Assembly (NCBI GenBank): GCA_030429505.1
Contig: JAUIFI010000001.1
Coordinates: 870,001 to 902,000 of the forward strand
Source: Candidatus Saccharimonadota bacterium
Lineage (GTDB): Bacteria > Patescibacteriota > Gracilibacteria > UBA4473
Reading direction: 5' to 3'
DNA: 32,000 nucleotides
Below, one piece after another: positions 1-9,026 of this stretch (its first letter is position 1; each line of letters opens with the position of its first letter). The position numbers and the translations under genes are program-made. A model generated the notes under the pieces. The model saw nothing but the letters and a program-made list of their open reading frames with translations. It was not told where the DNA came from and did not search any database.

Positions 1-2
1 TT

Positions 3-428
3 TTTGCCAATACCCATCAAATTCCCACCATCGGAGAAGACTCAGGCTTTATCCTTGAAGCCTTCCCTAAGAAATTTGGACTGAAAAGTAAACGAGAAAT
101 TCAAGCCAAAGATGACATAGAATGGACACGTCTATTTTTAGAAATGATGGAAAACACCTCCAACAGAAAAGCCACCTTTTACTCTGCTATTGCTTTTTAT
201 AATCCTCAAAATCAAACAAAACATATAACCATCGGAGAAACAAAAGGAGCAATGTCCGAATTTCCGCAAACACCACTTGAGCCAGGAATTCCAGCCTCCG
301 CTCTCTTTACTCCAAATGGAGAAACTGAAGTTTACTCTGCCATGAACAAAACCAAATGGAAAAAAGTCTCACATCGCGGAAAAGCTACTGCAAAAATGGC
401 TCAATTTTTACAAACACTTTCACTTTAA
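3..428 (+). CDS. rdgB: dITP/XTP pyrophosphatase (RdgB/HAM1 family), 5' end cut by window edge
   Basis: Frame 3 is open from nt 3 with no stop. The translation contains TIGEDSGF (compare ADDSGL) and a C-terminal KKVSHRGKA (compare ISHRG). Track ORF 144..428 is only the part after an internal Met. Confidence 0.7.
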   Translation, partial: FANTHQIPTIGEDSGFILEAFPKKFGLKSKREIQAKDDIEWTRLFLEMMENTSNRKATFYSAIAFYNPQNQTKHITIGETKGAMSEFPQTPLEPGIPASALFTPNGETEVYSAMNKTKWKKVSHRGKATAKMAQFLQTLSL

Positions 429-460
429 TTCTTACATCTCTCAAGTACAATCAATCTGAC

Positions 461-1183
461 ATGACAAGCTCAACCACAAAATACAAACGAATTCTCCTCA
501 AACTTTCAGGCGAAGCATTACTCGGAAAAAAAGAATTCGGCATAGACTATGACATCATCAATCAAATCTGTCAGGAAATAGAAGAAGTGAGAAATATGGG
601 CATAGAAATCGTCATCGTCATCGGCGCTGGCAATATCTGGCGTGGGAAAGAAAATGAAGAATCAGGCATTGATCGAGTACCTTCTGATTTTATCGGCATG
701 CTCGGAACCATCATGAACTCCGTCGCTCTCCAAGCCGCACTTGAGAAAAAAGGTATTCACTCTCGCGTCTGCTCTTCCATCGACGTCCCAGCCGTCGCTG
801 AACCATACATCACCCGGAGGGCCGACAGACATTTAGAAAAAAAACGAGTCGTTATCTGTGCCGCTGGCACTGGCAATCCATACTTTACCACCGATTCTGC
901 CGCCGCCCTCCGAGCACTCGAACTCAAATGCGACGTCCTCCTCAAAGCCACCAATGTCGACGGCGTATACTCAGACGATCCGCGTACAAACAAAAACGCT
1001 ACAAAATTTAACACCATCACCTTTGACGAAGTCCTCGAACAAGACCTCCGATTTATGGACGCCACTGCCATCGCCCAATGCCGGGACAATGACATGCCCA
1101 TAATCGTCTTCAAGCTCATGGAACCAGGTAATCTCAAAAAAGCGATCCAAGGAAAAACCATTGGTACACAAATAAAATTATAG
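461..1183 (+). CDS. pyrH: UMP kinase
   Basis: Starts at the internal ATG (Met36) of track ORF 356..1183. MTSSTTKYKRILLKLSGEAL, IVIGAGNIWRG and GTGNPYFTTDSAAALRA are UMP-kinase signatures. Length is 240 aa. Confidence 0.9.
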   Translation: MTSSTTKYKRILLKLSGEALLGKKEFGIDYDIINQICQEIEEVRNMGIEIVIVIGAGNIWRGKENEESGIDRVPSDFIGMLGTIMNSVALQAALEKKGIHSRVCSSIDVPAVAEPYITRRADRHLEKKRVVICAAGTGNPYFTTDSAAALRALELKCDVLLKATNVDGVYSDDPRTNKNATKFNTITFDEVLEQDLRFMDATAIAQCRDNDMPIIVFKLMEPGNLKKAIQGKTIGTQIKL

Positions 1184-1210
1184 AATCATACCAAAGGAAT
1201 AAAAATATTT

Positions 1211-1243
1211 AAAAAAAACCGCTGATAGAAACTATCAGCGGTT
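1211..1243 (-). terminator. Rho-independent terminator for the minus-strand gene 1320..1799; possibly bidirectional
   Basis: Perfect 12-bp stem aaccgctgatag (1217-1228) / ctatcagcggtt (1232-1243) with a 3-nt loop. On the minus strand it is followed by a U-run (the A-run 1211-1218 on plus). On the plus strand no U-run follows. Confidence 0.7.
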
Positions 1244-1319
1244 ATGTTAAAGTTAGTTGATGATAACTGCCAAGCGAGTAAAACCCTCGGCAGAAAAAAC
1301 CAACAACAAGCCAACCATC

Positions 1320-1799
1320 TCAGGCACGTACCGAATAAATCTGGTTATTTAACCAAAAATACATTGTGAACTTCTGTTTCGGCAACAGTTTTTCCCGATT
1401 AAACGAAAGAGGTTGTACCACCTCTCTGTATCGAAAGACCAAAAGCCAGGAAAAAAGCAAAACCACCCCCAAGACCAGTCCGCCCAAAACATAGTTTTGT
1501 GGCGAAAGAAAAAAGCCAAAAAGTGCCCAAAGAAGCAAAACCACCCAACTGGTCCCGCTCAGAATCATGGTAAAATAATACAGAAAACCACCTCCATCAA
1601 TTTTATGAAGACGATTATTCGATGGCACCAAAACAAAAAAACGAGCCAGCAAAAAAAACATAAAAAACTTGAATACAGAATGAGAAGTTATCACAACCTC
1701 TCCTTCTAAGGAAATATGGGATAAATGGGGAATAAGCGTAAGAAGAAAAGCAATTCCCACAGAAGTCAAAACCGAAGAATAACGATTGAAAAAAAACAT
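1320..1799 (-). CDS. hypothetical multi-pass membrane protein
   Basis: The track ORF 1320..1823 begins with a TTG codon. The internal ATG at 1799 has GGGAGG 6 nt upstream. The protein has four or more hydrophobic segments and I recognise no family motif. Confidence 0.45.
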   Translation of the reverse strand: MFFFNRYSSVLTSVGIAFLLTLIPHLSHISLEGEVVITSHSVFKFFMFFLLARFFVLVPSNNRLHKIDGGGFLYYFTMILSGTSWVVLLLWALFGFFLSPQNYVLGGLVLGVVLLFSWLLVFRYREVVQPLSFNREKLLPKQKFTMYFWLNNQIYSVRA

Positions 1800-2055
1800 A
1801 TCTATCCTCCCAAAAATGTACAATAAGGTTACAAAACTGAGTGTCCATCACCCAAATTCGTAACCTCATCAATACAAATAAAAACATTTTTACCTGAGAT
1901 GTGAAAGAGCTATTTAAATAATAAGACAAAAAAAAATTTTGTCAAGAGAATCCATGGTTTTCTCTACCCTAGAAAGAGACTTTCGGGGGAAAATAAAACA
2001 GCATTCAGCCTCTCTTCAAGAAAAGATCTGCTATTTTTTAATTATCTTTTTTCTC

Positions 2056-2991
2056 TTAATCAAACACCACATACCCAAACGCCCCGATCGCTGTTCGCTC
2101 TGGAATACGAACGGATAAAGATTTCTGAAAATCATCAGCCGTCACATTCGCCGTTACCGTATAAGATGTATCCGGCAAGACATTCGGCGAAGAAGTAGAT
2201 ACCTGATAAGGAATTCCCACGATCTTTGCACTTGTCGTCGAATCCTCAAACTTCAAAGGCGACAAAAAAGACAGTTTATATTCACTCCCACCCACACTAT
2301 CAAAAAAAGCATTCAAATCCGTATTGGCTTGCCCTGGAAAAATCTTTCCAGGAAAAGTACCCGTCGAAGAAATTGGAAAATACGTCGAGCTCTGAGCTAA
2401 AAATTCATCCTCACACAAATACCCCGTACCAGAACCACACACCCCTCCGGATCCCTGTACAGGAAAGAAAGACTGTGCTTGTCCCGAAACATTTTTACGA
2501 GATAAAGACCAATCCACCACCAATTCATTCGCGGCAGAGCCAAAATCAATCGATATTCCAGTATTATCCAGTTCAAAAGAAAAATCCCCTCCATCAACCA
2601 ACTCCGTCACAAAAGGAGTTTGCGTAGGATTAGTTGAACCATCCCAAAACAAAGGTACCTCCACCGTTTGCCCCTCATCAAGCACTCCTGTAACAACTTC
2701 TTCACGACCATCCAGAAGCCAATCCACCTGAATATTCACTGCATCAAGTCCCAAAGACTGAGAACCATGCGAAGTCATAAAATGAGTTCCAGCTCCTCTC
2801 GCATTATGATGAAAAAAAGCCGCCTCCATCCCTGATTCGGCCGCAAAAAAAATCTGATTCGCTCGTTCGATATGAGCACTCCTTTCAATAGAATGAGAAA
2901 TCAATTGTAAAATCACTAGTGCCATTCCCAACACCGTAAATGATACCGCAAAAGAAATAAGCAAAGACACTCCAGGATTTTTCCATTTCAT
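2056..2991 (-). CDS. PilX_N-like minor pilin / pilus-associated protein
   Basis: N-terminus MKWKNPG|VSLLISFAVSFTVLGMALVIL resembles a prepilin-like hydrophobic helix without Glu at +5. It is followed by RANQIFFAAESGMEAAF, which parallels AEKAYFAAESGIETAL in the ORF at 10158..11012. Confidence 0.5.
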   Translation of the reverse strand: MKWKNPGVSLLISFAVSFTVLGMALVILQLISHSIERSAHIERANQIFFAAESGMEAAFFHHNARGAGTHFMTSHGSQSLGLDAVNIQVDWLLDGREEVVTGVLDEGQTVEVPLFWDGSTNPTQTPFVTELVDGGDFSFELDNTGISIDFGSAANELVVDWSLSRKNVSGQAQSFFPVQGSGGVCGSGTGYLCEDEFLAQSSTYFPISSTGTFPGKIFPGQANTDLNAFFDSVGGSEYKLSFLSPLKFEDSTTSAKIVGIPYQVSTSSPNVLPDTSYTVTANVTADDFQKSLSVRIPERTAIGAFGYVVFD

Positions 2992-3039
2992 CAGTTTTTA
3001 TTGTAAGCTAGAAACAACTCTAGTGCGAATATTTTTCTC

Positions 3040-3735
3040 ATGGCCTACAAAATAGTCATCATCAGACACGGCGAAAGTATTTGGAATGCTGAAAACAAAT
3101 TCACCGGATGGACCGATGTCGATCTGAGCGAAAAAGGTGTTTTAGAAGCACAAAAAGCCGGTAAAATATTGAAAAAAAACAATTTCGAATTTGATCTTGC
3201 CTATACTTCTTACCTGAAGCGAGCGATCAAAACACTGAATATTGTGCTCGAAGAGATGGATCAACTCTGGCTGCCTATTATGAAAGACTGGCGCTGGAAT
3301 GAGAGACATTATGGAGCTCTTCAAGGATTCAACAAAGCTGAAATGTCCGAAAAAGTCGGTAAAGATCAGGTTCATCTCTGGCGGCGAAGCTTTAGTACTC
3401 AACCTCCAGCCCTCGAGAAAAAAGACCCCCGCTATCCAGGTCACGACCGACGCTACCAAGACTTAAACGAAAAAGACATTCCACTTACAGAATGCCTCAA
3501 AGATACCATCGACCGCTTCATGCCTCTGTGGAAAAACGACATCATTCCCCTTATCAAAGAAGGAAAACGCCTCATCATCTCCGCCCACGGTAATACAATT
3601 CGAGCGCTGGTCAAACATTTAGATAATATTTCCGATACAGACATCCCAAACCTCAACATCCCCACCGGCGTTCCCTTGGTTTATGAACTCGATAAAAATA
3701 TAAAACCCATACAAAAATACTATCTAGAGCAATAA
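3040..3735 (+). CDS. gpmA: 2,3-bisphosphoglycerate-dependent phosphoglycerate mutase
   Basis: N-terminus [33 protein letters not shown] carries the RHGE catalytic-His motif. ERHYGALQG and [10 protein letters not shown] are also present. Length is 231 aa. Confidence 0.9.
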   Translation: MAYKIVIIRHGESIWNAENKFTGWTDVDLSEKGVLEAQKAGKILKKNNFEFDLAYTSYLKRAIKTLNIVLEEMDQLWLPIMKDWRWNERHYGALQGFNKAEMSEKVGKDQVHLWRRSFSTQPPALEKKDPRYPGHDRRYQDLNEKDIPLTECLKDTIDRFMPLWKNDIIPLIKEGKRLIISAHGNTIRALVKHLDNISDTDIPNLNIPTGVPLVYELDKNIKPIQKYYLEQ

Positions 3736-3762
3736 TTTTCTTTTCTTCTTAATACTCCACTT

Positions 3763-5385
3763 CTATCCCGCCACCCGATACAGTTCCTCCAACGTCGTCC
3801 TTCCTTCCAATACCTTCAAAAGACCATCCTCAAAAAGCGTCAAAAAATCTGTATTCTCTTGAAGATGTTTTTCAATATCTACCACCGGTTTATCCGCCAA
3901 AATCATTTTTTGAATAGTTTCAGTCATCATAAATACCTCCCCAATAGCCATTCGTCCTAAGTACGTAGCATCAACATCATTTTTTTCGGAGACCCTCGGT
4001 ACCTGAGAAGGAAAAGACCGATCCGGAAAAACAGTTTTTAAACGCGCAAAAGCCTGTTGAATCCTAGAATCAGAAGGCAAATCAACCATATCAACTCGAT
4101 CCAAATCCACCGTCCGCACCAAACGTTGTGCCAAAACCAAATTAATGGAAGGTGCAATATTAAAATTCTCCAACCCCAAATTTCGCAGTCGAGCGACTGC
4201 ACCTACTGCAGAATTGGTATGAAGAGAACTCAAAACCATGTGTCCCGTCAAAGAAGATTCGCTCGCCAACCTTGCCGTCTGAAATGTCCGAACCTCTCCC
4301 ACCAAAATAACATCTGGATCATGCCGTAAAATTGCTTGAAATCCAGTTTCAAAATTATACTCCTTTTTTTCATTCACCTGAGATTGCAAAATCCCATTCA
4401 GTCGATATTCAATTGGATCTTCCAGCGTGATAATCTTTTGCTCTTTAGAATTAAGAAGAGAAAGCAATGAATACAAAGTAGTTGTTTTACCACTTCCTGT
4501 CGGACCAGTAACCAAGATCAAACCATTGCTTTTTTGAAGCGCCTTTTGAATTTTCTTTTGAATATTTATATCAAAACCAAGCTCCGACAAGGTCCGAATG
4601 CCCCGCCCAGAATCCAAAACCCGAATCACCACCGATTCGACCAAAGGCGTAGGCAAAGTCGAAACCCTTAAATCAACCGAACGCTCATTTACCATAAAAT
4701 CGATATGACCATCTTGAGAAATGTCAGTAACATTAGACTTCATACCAGCCTCATACTTAATATGAGTCACCAGCTTTGTATAAACATCCCTATCTAAAAC
4801 ACAAATATCATGCAACACGCCATCAATTCGAAATCGAAGCATAATACCACACTCTTCAGGCTGAAAATGAATATCAGATGCACGAAGCTGTATAGATGCC
4901 AATTTAATTTCTTGAAAAACACTTGAACTTGGCACAACATTCCACGTCTTTTGATGATCCTTTAACCGCTGTAAAATATGATCAAGATCAGCTTGATTCT
5001 CTTCCTGAACATGAGACTGTAAAACAACCTCCTTTTTTTGAAGTAATCCAGAATCATAAAGTTTTAAAGCTTCATGAAGACCAATTTCAGAGCACACAAA
5101 CACCTCAACTATAAATTTTTCCTGCTCTAATTTTCGTAACAAAGTAGTTGTTTCAGGATCATAAGGATCCACTGCCGCAACCTTTAGTCTTTGTCCAGAC
5201 CGATCAAAGACAAGAACACGTGAAGTCTTCGCATCTTGACGAGAAATCAAGCGTAACCAATCAAGATTCAATGATACATTCGATAAATTCACATACGAAA
5301 CCCCCCATTGATTCGCATTTTTTTGAGCTTGTTTTTCCTCAAATTCACGATCAATGTTCTGTAAAAAATTCGCCTTGGTACGCAT
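3763..5385 (-). CDS. pilB: type IV pilus assembly / GspE-family secretion ATPase
   Basis: Walker A GPTGSGKTTT, Walker B ILVGEVR, His box GHMVLSSLHTN, and an N-terminal T2SSE_N-like region. I chose the start at 5385 (MRTKANF) because GGAGGG lies 9 nt upstream. The track ORF extends to 5421. Confidence 0.85.
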   Translation of the reverse strand: MRTKANFLQNIDREFEEKQAQKNANQWGVSYVNLSNVSLNLDWLRLISRQDAKTSRVLVFDRSGQRLKVAAVDPYDPETTTLLRKLEQEKFIVEVFVCSEIGLHEALKLYDSGLLQKKEVVLQSHVQEENQADLDHILQRLKDHQKTWNVVPSSSVFQEIKLASIQLRASDIHFQPEECGIMLRFRIDGVLHDICVLDRDVYTKLVTHIKYEAGMKSNVTDISQDGHIDFMVNERSVDLRVSTLPTPLVESVVIRVLDSGRGIRTLSELGFDINIQKKIQKALQKSNGLILVTGPTGSGKTTTLYSLLSLLNSKEQKIITLEDPIEYRLNGILQSQVNEKKEYNFETGFQAILRHDPDVILVGEVRTFQTARLASESSLTGHMVLSSLHTNSAVGAVARLRNLGLENFNIAPSINLVLAQRLVRTVDLDRVDMVDLPSDSRIQQAFARLKTVFPDRSFPSQVPRVSEKNDVDATYLGRMAIGEVFMMTETIQKMILADKPVVDIEKHLQENTDFLTLFEDGLLKVLEGRTTLEELYRVAG

Positions 5386-5525
5386 AGATCCCATCCCTCC
5401 ATTATACCAAAAAATAAGCATAAAATCAATGACAACAACAGCAAATTACTCATAAAAAACAACTTATAATATTTTTTTGTAACAAGATGTATAACAAAAA
5501 TTATATTGTTTGTTCGTAAAACCAC

Positions 5526-6218
5526 TTACTGGTCCATCTGTATACTCGATTTCTCCAACTTCGTCCTCAAAATCTTCTCTGCCCTCATCCGTGTAAAGCC
5601 CACCCCATCTCCCGTTACAATCTCAAGTTTCCGCTCCGAAACCGCAGACTCAAAAAATTCAGAACCCAAAAAATCACTCGGAAAAAAAAGTTTTATCTGA
5701 CTGCCAGCAATATGCTGCAAAATATTTCGTGTCTTTTCTTCTCCAAAAATTACCTCCAGAAAAAAAATACTATCCACATGTGCATGCTTGGCCCGCCGAA
5801 TATATTTACGCGCCAAACGACGAAACTCTACCGTATCACTCAGTCCTTCGTTCGCCATCTCATGTAATACCTGAGCCTCAAAAGAGGTAATACAAACATT
5901 CTTCTCCGCTCGTTTATCCAAAGGTTTATACTCAAATGAAATAGTTTGAATTTGTTCACAAAATTGATTCGCTCGAGTATTTTTCCTATCAAAAAAAAGT
6001 CCAATACGACCAAATCTGGAGTGATTTTTCACAATACTGTGAAACCCTAGACTCCAGAAACAAGATTCTGTACACTTTTTTTGATCAAGTGACTTAGAAT
6101 CACCTTGTTGCACCTCAAAAGTCAATATAGTCTTAGGAGTACGTCTTAAAATCTCTCGTCCAAACACCAACGGACCAAAGTCAGAACCACAAAAATGATA
6201 TGCCATTGACCGCACCAT
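5526..6218 (-). CDS. divergent Asp/Glu-racemase-like protein (degenerate MurI-like); function uncertain
   Basis: An alignment by eye to remembered MurI/RacE sequences gives four parallels: GSDFGPLVFGREI ~ FDSGVGGLTVxKEI, KKCTESCF ~ ACNTASA, GRIGLFFDRKNTRANQF ~ IGVIGTxxTIKSxAY, and VDSIFFLEVIFGEEKTRNILQHIAGSQIKLFFPSD ~ IDSLILGCTHYPxLKxxIxxxxGxxVxIIDSGD. The start is taken at Met43 (6218) or Met47 (6206), which avoids overlap with the divergent gene. Confidence 0.35.
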   Translation of the reverse strand: MVRSMAYHFCGSDFGPLVFGREILRRTPKTILTFEVQQGDSKSLDQKKCTESCFWSLGFHSIVKNHSRFGRIGLFFDRKNTRANQFCEQIQTISFEYKPLDKRAEKNVCITSFEAQVLHEMANEGLSDTVEFRRLARKYIRRAKHAHVDSIFFLEVIFGEEKTRNILQHIAGSQIKLFFPSDFLGSEFFESAVSERKLEIVTGDGVGFTRMRAEKILRTKLEKSSIQMDQ

Positions 6219-6272
6219 AGAGAAAGACTGAAAATTTTGCAAAAACCAAGTCCTCGCACTATCATAAAAAAA

Positions 6273-6845
6273 ATGAAAATAAACACAGACAAAGTTCCCG
6301 ATCTCCTCAATCCATTTGGAGAAAAGCCGGTCAAAACACACCACAAAAAAAACAAATCCCCCATAACATCTCTAGTCATACTTCTTGCCGGGATAACAGT
6401 AGGTGCAACCGGGTTTTTCTGGATACAGCAGACCAGCCTCCAACAAATACAACAAACTCTCACACAAAGCATCCAAAAAAAGAAGCAAACTATTCAAAGC
6501 AAAACCGGTGGACAAGATTCTGATATCTATATCAATCTGACACAAAGCCTCGCACACATAGAATCCAATCGAGTACAGTGGTCAGAAGTAGTTTATGAAA
6601 TTCTCAATATCGAAGAAAAAAATAATCTCGTTTTTTTGAGTTTCTCAGCCACTCCAGAACAAAAAATATCTGTCAGAGGCAAATCTCCCTCTATCGAAAA
6701 CATTCAAACACTCCTCACCAGACTCAAAAATCAAGAAAAAACGAAAAATCCATTTGTCAGCTCGCTCGCAGAAATAAAAGAACAAAACGGAACCATCTCA
6801 TACCAATTTGAACTCACCTTTGACATGACCTCATCTCCCTCATGA
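6273..6845 (+). CDS. PilN-like bitopic pilus alignment protein
   Basis: Internal ATG at 6273. The protein has a short cytoplasmic N-terminus (MKINTDKVPDLLNPF), one TM segment (ITSLVILLAGITVGATGFFWI), a Q/K-rich coiled segment and a small C-terminal domain. It sits directly 5' of the pilO-like and pilC genes, and its stop overlaps the next start (ATGA). Confidence 0.5.
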   Translation: MKINTDKVPDLLNPFGEKPVKTHHKKNKSPITSLVILLAGITVGATGFFWIQQTSLQQIQQTLTQSIQKKKQTIQSKTGGQDSDIYINLTQSLAHIESNRVQWSEVVYEILNIEEKNNLVFLSFSATPEQKISVRGKSPSIENIQTLLTRLKNQEKTKNPFVSSLAEIKEQNGTISYQFELTFDMTSSPS

Positions 6846-7348
6846 AAATCTGGCACATTATCAGTATCATAGTCATTATTGGCGTTCTAGGATTCGTCAC
6901 CTATCCCATTATGAATGAAAACCAAGATATAAAGAGAGAAAATAGTAAACTCAACAGCGATATTGAAATTCTCAACCAAAAGCTCGTCAAAGTCGCTGAT
7001 ACACAAAAAAGAACCAAAGCTGAGAACGACCAAATTTTAAAAAAAATTCCACTCGACAGCGAACAAGAAAATCTTATCCAAGATCTACAAAAAATTTCTA
7101 AAAGAAGTGGTTTCAAATTTAATAATCTCAAATTCTCAAAAAACCAAAATTCTGATTTTGGCTTACCAGAGCTCAAAGTATCATTTTCCACAGAAGGAAA
7201 TAAAAAAAGCTTGCGTAACTTTCTTCTTCTCATTGAAAACAACGAACGCTTTTTAAGCATGGAAAATCTGGACATACAAGCCAAAGAAGATGGTAGATCT
7301 CAAAGCGTAAGTTTTGGAGTATCAATCAATGCTTTCTATCAGCAATAA
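6842..7348 (+). CDS. PilO-like bitopic pilus alignment protein
   Basis: N-terminal TM (IWHIISIIVIIGVLGFV), a coiled coil, then KIPLDSEQENLIQDLQKISKRSGF and LRNFLLLIENNERFLSMENLDI. This layout is typical of PilO. The gene lies between the pilN-like gene and pilC. Confidence 0.5.
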   Translation: MKIWHIISIIVIIGVLGFVTYPIMNENQDIKRENSKLNSDIEILNQKLVKVADTQKRTKAENDQILKKIPLDSEQENLIQDLQKISKRSGFKFNNLKFSKNQNSDFGLPELKVSFSTEGNKKSLRNFLLLIENNERFLSMENLDIQAKEDGRSQSVSFGVSINAFYQQ

Positions 7349-7352
7349 AAAG

Positions 7353-8525
7353 ATGAATACCGAACACAAAGTAGAACAAAAAACAAAAAAAGAAATTCGA
7401 AAAGTAATTTACGGTATTACCGATCGTCGTTTTGATCCTTGGTGGCAAAAACTGAACGACTTTCTTATTGATCATTCCCCAGTAAAACAAAAAGAAAAAA
7501 GTATTTTTTTTAATTCCTTACAACTTCTTGTTTCCTCTGGTGTGCGTATTGTAAAAGCACTTGAAATACTCGCAGAAAGACAAAGAAATCTACGTTTTCG
7601 AAGAATTTTGGACACCATCATTTACGATATGCTGGAAAAAGGATTTAGCTTCTCAAAAGCCCTCGAAAAATATCCTACCATCTTTAAAAAACCAGAAATA
7701 AAAATTATCTACGCTGGAGAAGTATCTGGTCAAGTCGAACAAAACCTAGGCTCTGTCGCAAAACAAATCAGTAAAAACATAGAAATCGCTATACGCATAA
7801 AATCAGCCATGATGTACCCCATTACTGTTATCAGCGCTATTATTATTGCTACTGGTATAATTATGGTATTTGTCGTTCCCAAATTCATGGTGCTCTTCGC
7901 CGAGTTTCCTGCATCAGAACTTCCTATCTCCACAAGAATACTTATGGGAGTATCTAACTTCGTTCAACAGTTTTGGTGGTTCATCATCACTCTTTCTATC
8001 GGTGGTTGGTTTATCTTCCAAAACTGGAAAAGAACCGAAACCGGAAAAAGGCAATGGGATGGATTTATTCTAAAACTGCCAAAAATAAAAAATATCATCC
8101 GTAATATTCAAACTATTCAAATCTCCAGTAATTTCTCCACCCTCATGGCTGCCGGAATTTCTGTGGACAAAGCTCTTCATATTCTAGGAGAAATCGTATC
8201 AAATAGCGTCATGACTGACGCTATTTGGGAAGTAAAACGCAAAACGATCGCCGGGACAGAACTTCACACCAGCTTCAAAGAAGACCCTCTCTTCGATCCT
8301 GTTTTAGGTGAGGTTATAGAAATCGGAGAAAAGGGAGGAAAAATACCTTCCATTTTAGAAAAAACCGCTACTCAATACCAAATAGAAGTCGACGCGCAAC
8401 TCAAAAACATCAATACCATCATTGAACCCATCATCTTGGTACTGATGGGAGGAGCCGTGGTGTTTATGGCACTCGCCATAATGACACCAATCTTCAAACT
8501 CCAAGAACTCTTTACCAGTAGCTAA
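7353..8525 (+). CDS. pilC: type IV pilus platform protein (GspF/PilC family)
   Basis: About 390 aa with two repeated T2SSF-like cytoplasmic domains and three TM segments, including LSxxLxxFP-type segments and a C-terminal EPIILVLMGGAVVFMALAIMTPIF. The ATG at 7353 follows the pilO-like stop at 7346-7348. The track start at 7314 would overlap it by 35 nt. Confidence 0.85.
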   Translation: MNTEHKVEQKTKKEIRKVIYGITDRRFDPWWQKLNDFLIDHSPVKQKEKSIFFNSLQLLVSSGVRIVKALEILAERQRNLRFRRILDTIIYDMLEKGFSFSKALEKYPTIFKKPEIKIIYAGEVSGQVEQNLGSVAKQISKNIEIAIRIKSAMMYPITVISAIIIATGIIMVFVVPKFMVLFAEFPASELPISTRILMGVSNFVQQFWWFIITLSIGGWFIFQNWKRTETGKRQWDGFILKLPKIKNIIRNIQTIQISSNFSTLMAAGISVDKALHILGEIVSNSVMTDAIWEVKRKTIAGTELHTSFKEDPLFDPVLGEVIEIGEKGGKIPSILEKTATQYQIEVDAQLKNINTIIEPIILVLMGGAVVFMALAIMTPIFKLQELFTSS

Positions 8526-8528
8526 AAT

Positions 8529-9026
8529 ATGAAAAAGCAAAAAGGGTTTTCTCTGATAGAACTTATCATTACTATCAGCATCATTGCCTTACTCGCCAGC
8601 ATTATTGCTCCTAGTTTTTTAGACTATCAAAAAGAAGTGCGCTTAGAGTTTTCCAGAGATTTAATAGAAACCAGCCTATCAAAAGCATTTTCAGATGCCA
8701 GGTCACAATCAAAAATCTTTGGCGTCAAAGCCAATGGTGGAGATGAAGAATATCAAAGCTTCGAATGTAAATATACTGTAAATGTTCAGGGAGAAGCTCA
8801 AAAGTGTTCTCCAGCCTCGCAAGACTACGAAAGCAACATTCATCCTATAGAAAAAGGCGTCGCTGTAAAAGGAAGTTTCGATATTCAGTTTTTCCCCCCT
8901 CACGGAGACACACCAAAAAACATGATCTCCACAGAAATCAGTATCATAAATACCGGAAATTCTCAGACCATAAAAAAACTAAAAATCCACCCACAATCAG
9001 GACTTATTGAAAAAGTATTCAAATGA
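8529..9026 (+). CDS. type IV prepilin / pseudopilin (candidate major subunit)
   Basis: Class III signal MKKQKG|FSLIELIITISIIALLASII, with Phe at +1 and Glu at +5. A Cys pair (ECKYTVNVQGEAQKC) lies in the globular part. Length is 165 aa. Confidence 0.8.
   Translation: MKKQKGFSLIELIITISIIALLASIIAPSFLDYQKEVRLEFSRDLIETSLSKAFSDARSQSKIFGVKANGGDEEYQSFECKYTVNVQGEAQKCSPASQDYESNIHPIEKGVAVKGSFDIQFFPPHGDTPKNMISTEISIINTGNSQTIKKLKIHPQSGLIEKVFK

Noticed and set aside
1320-1823. Interpreting the small membrane protein next to the PilX-like gene as a short prepilin peptidase (A24/TadV-like)
   Set aside because: I could not find the two conserved Asp contexts (D...IPN-like and GxGDxK). IDGGGF is only a superficial resemblance.
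5526-6344. Interpreting the ORF upstream of pilB as the missing PilM
   Set aside because: It is too short (about 230 aa against roughly 350). It has no actin-fold phosphate-binding motifs (DIGSxxxK-type). It aligns better, though weakly, with the Asp/Glu racemase block order.
7314-7352. Upstream pilC start at 7314 (MEYQSMLSISNKK...)
   Set aside because: It would overlap the pilO-like gene by 35 nt. The ATG at 7353, 5 nt after the pilO-like stop, gives a normal PilC N-terminus.
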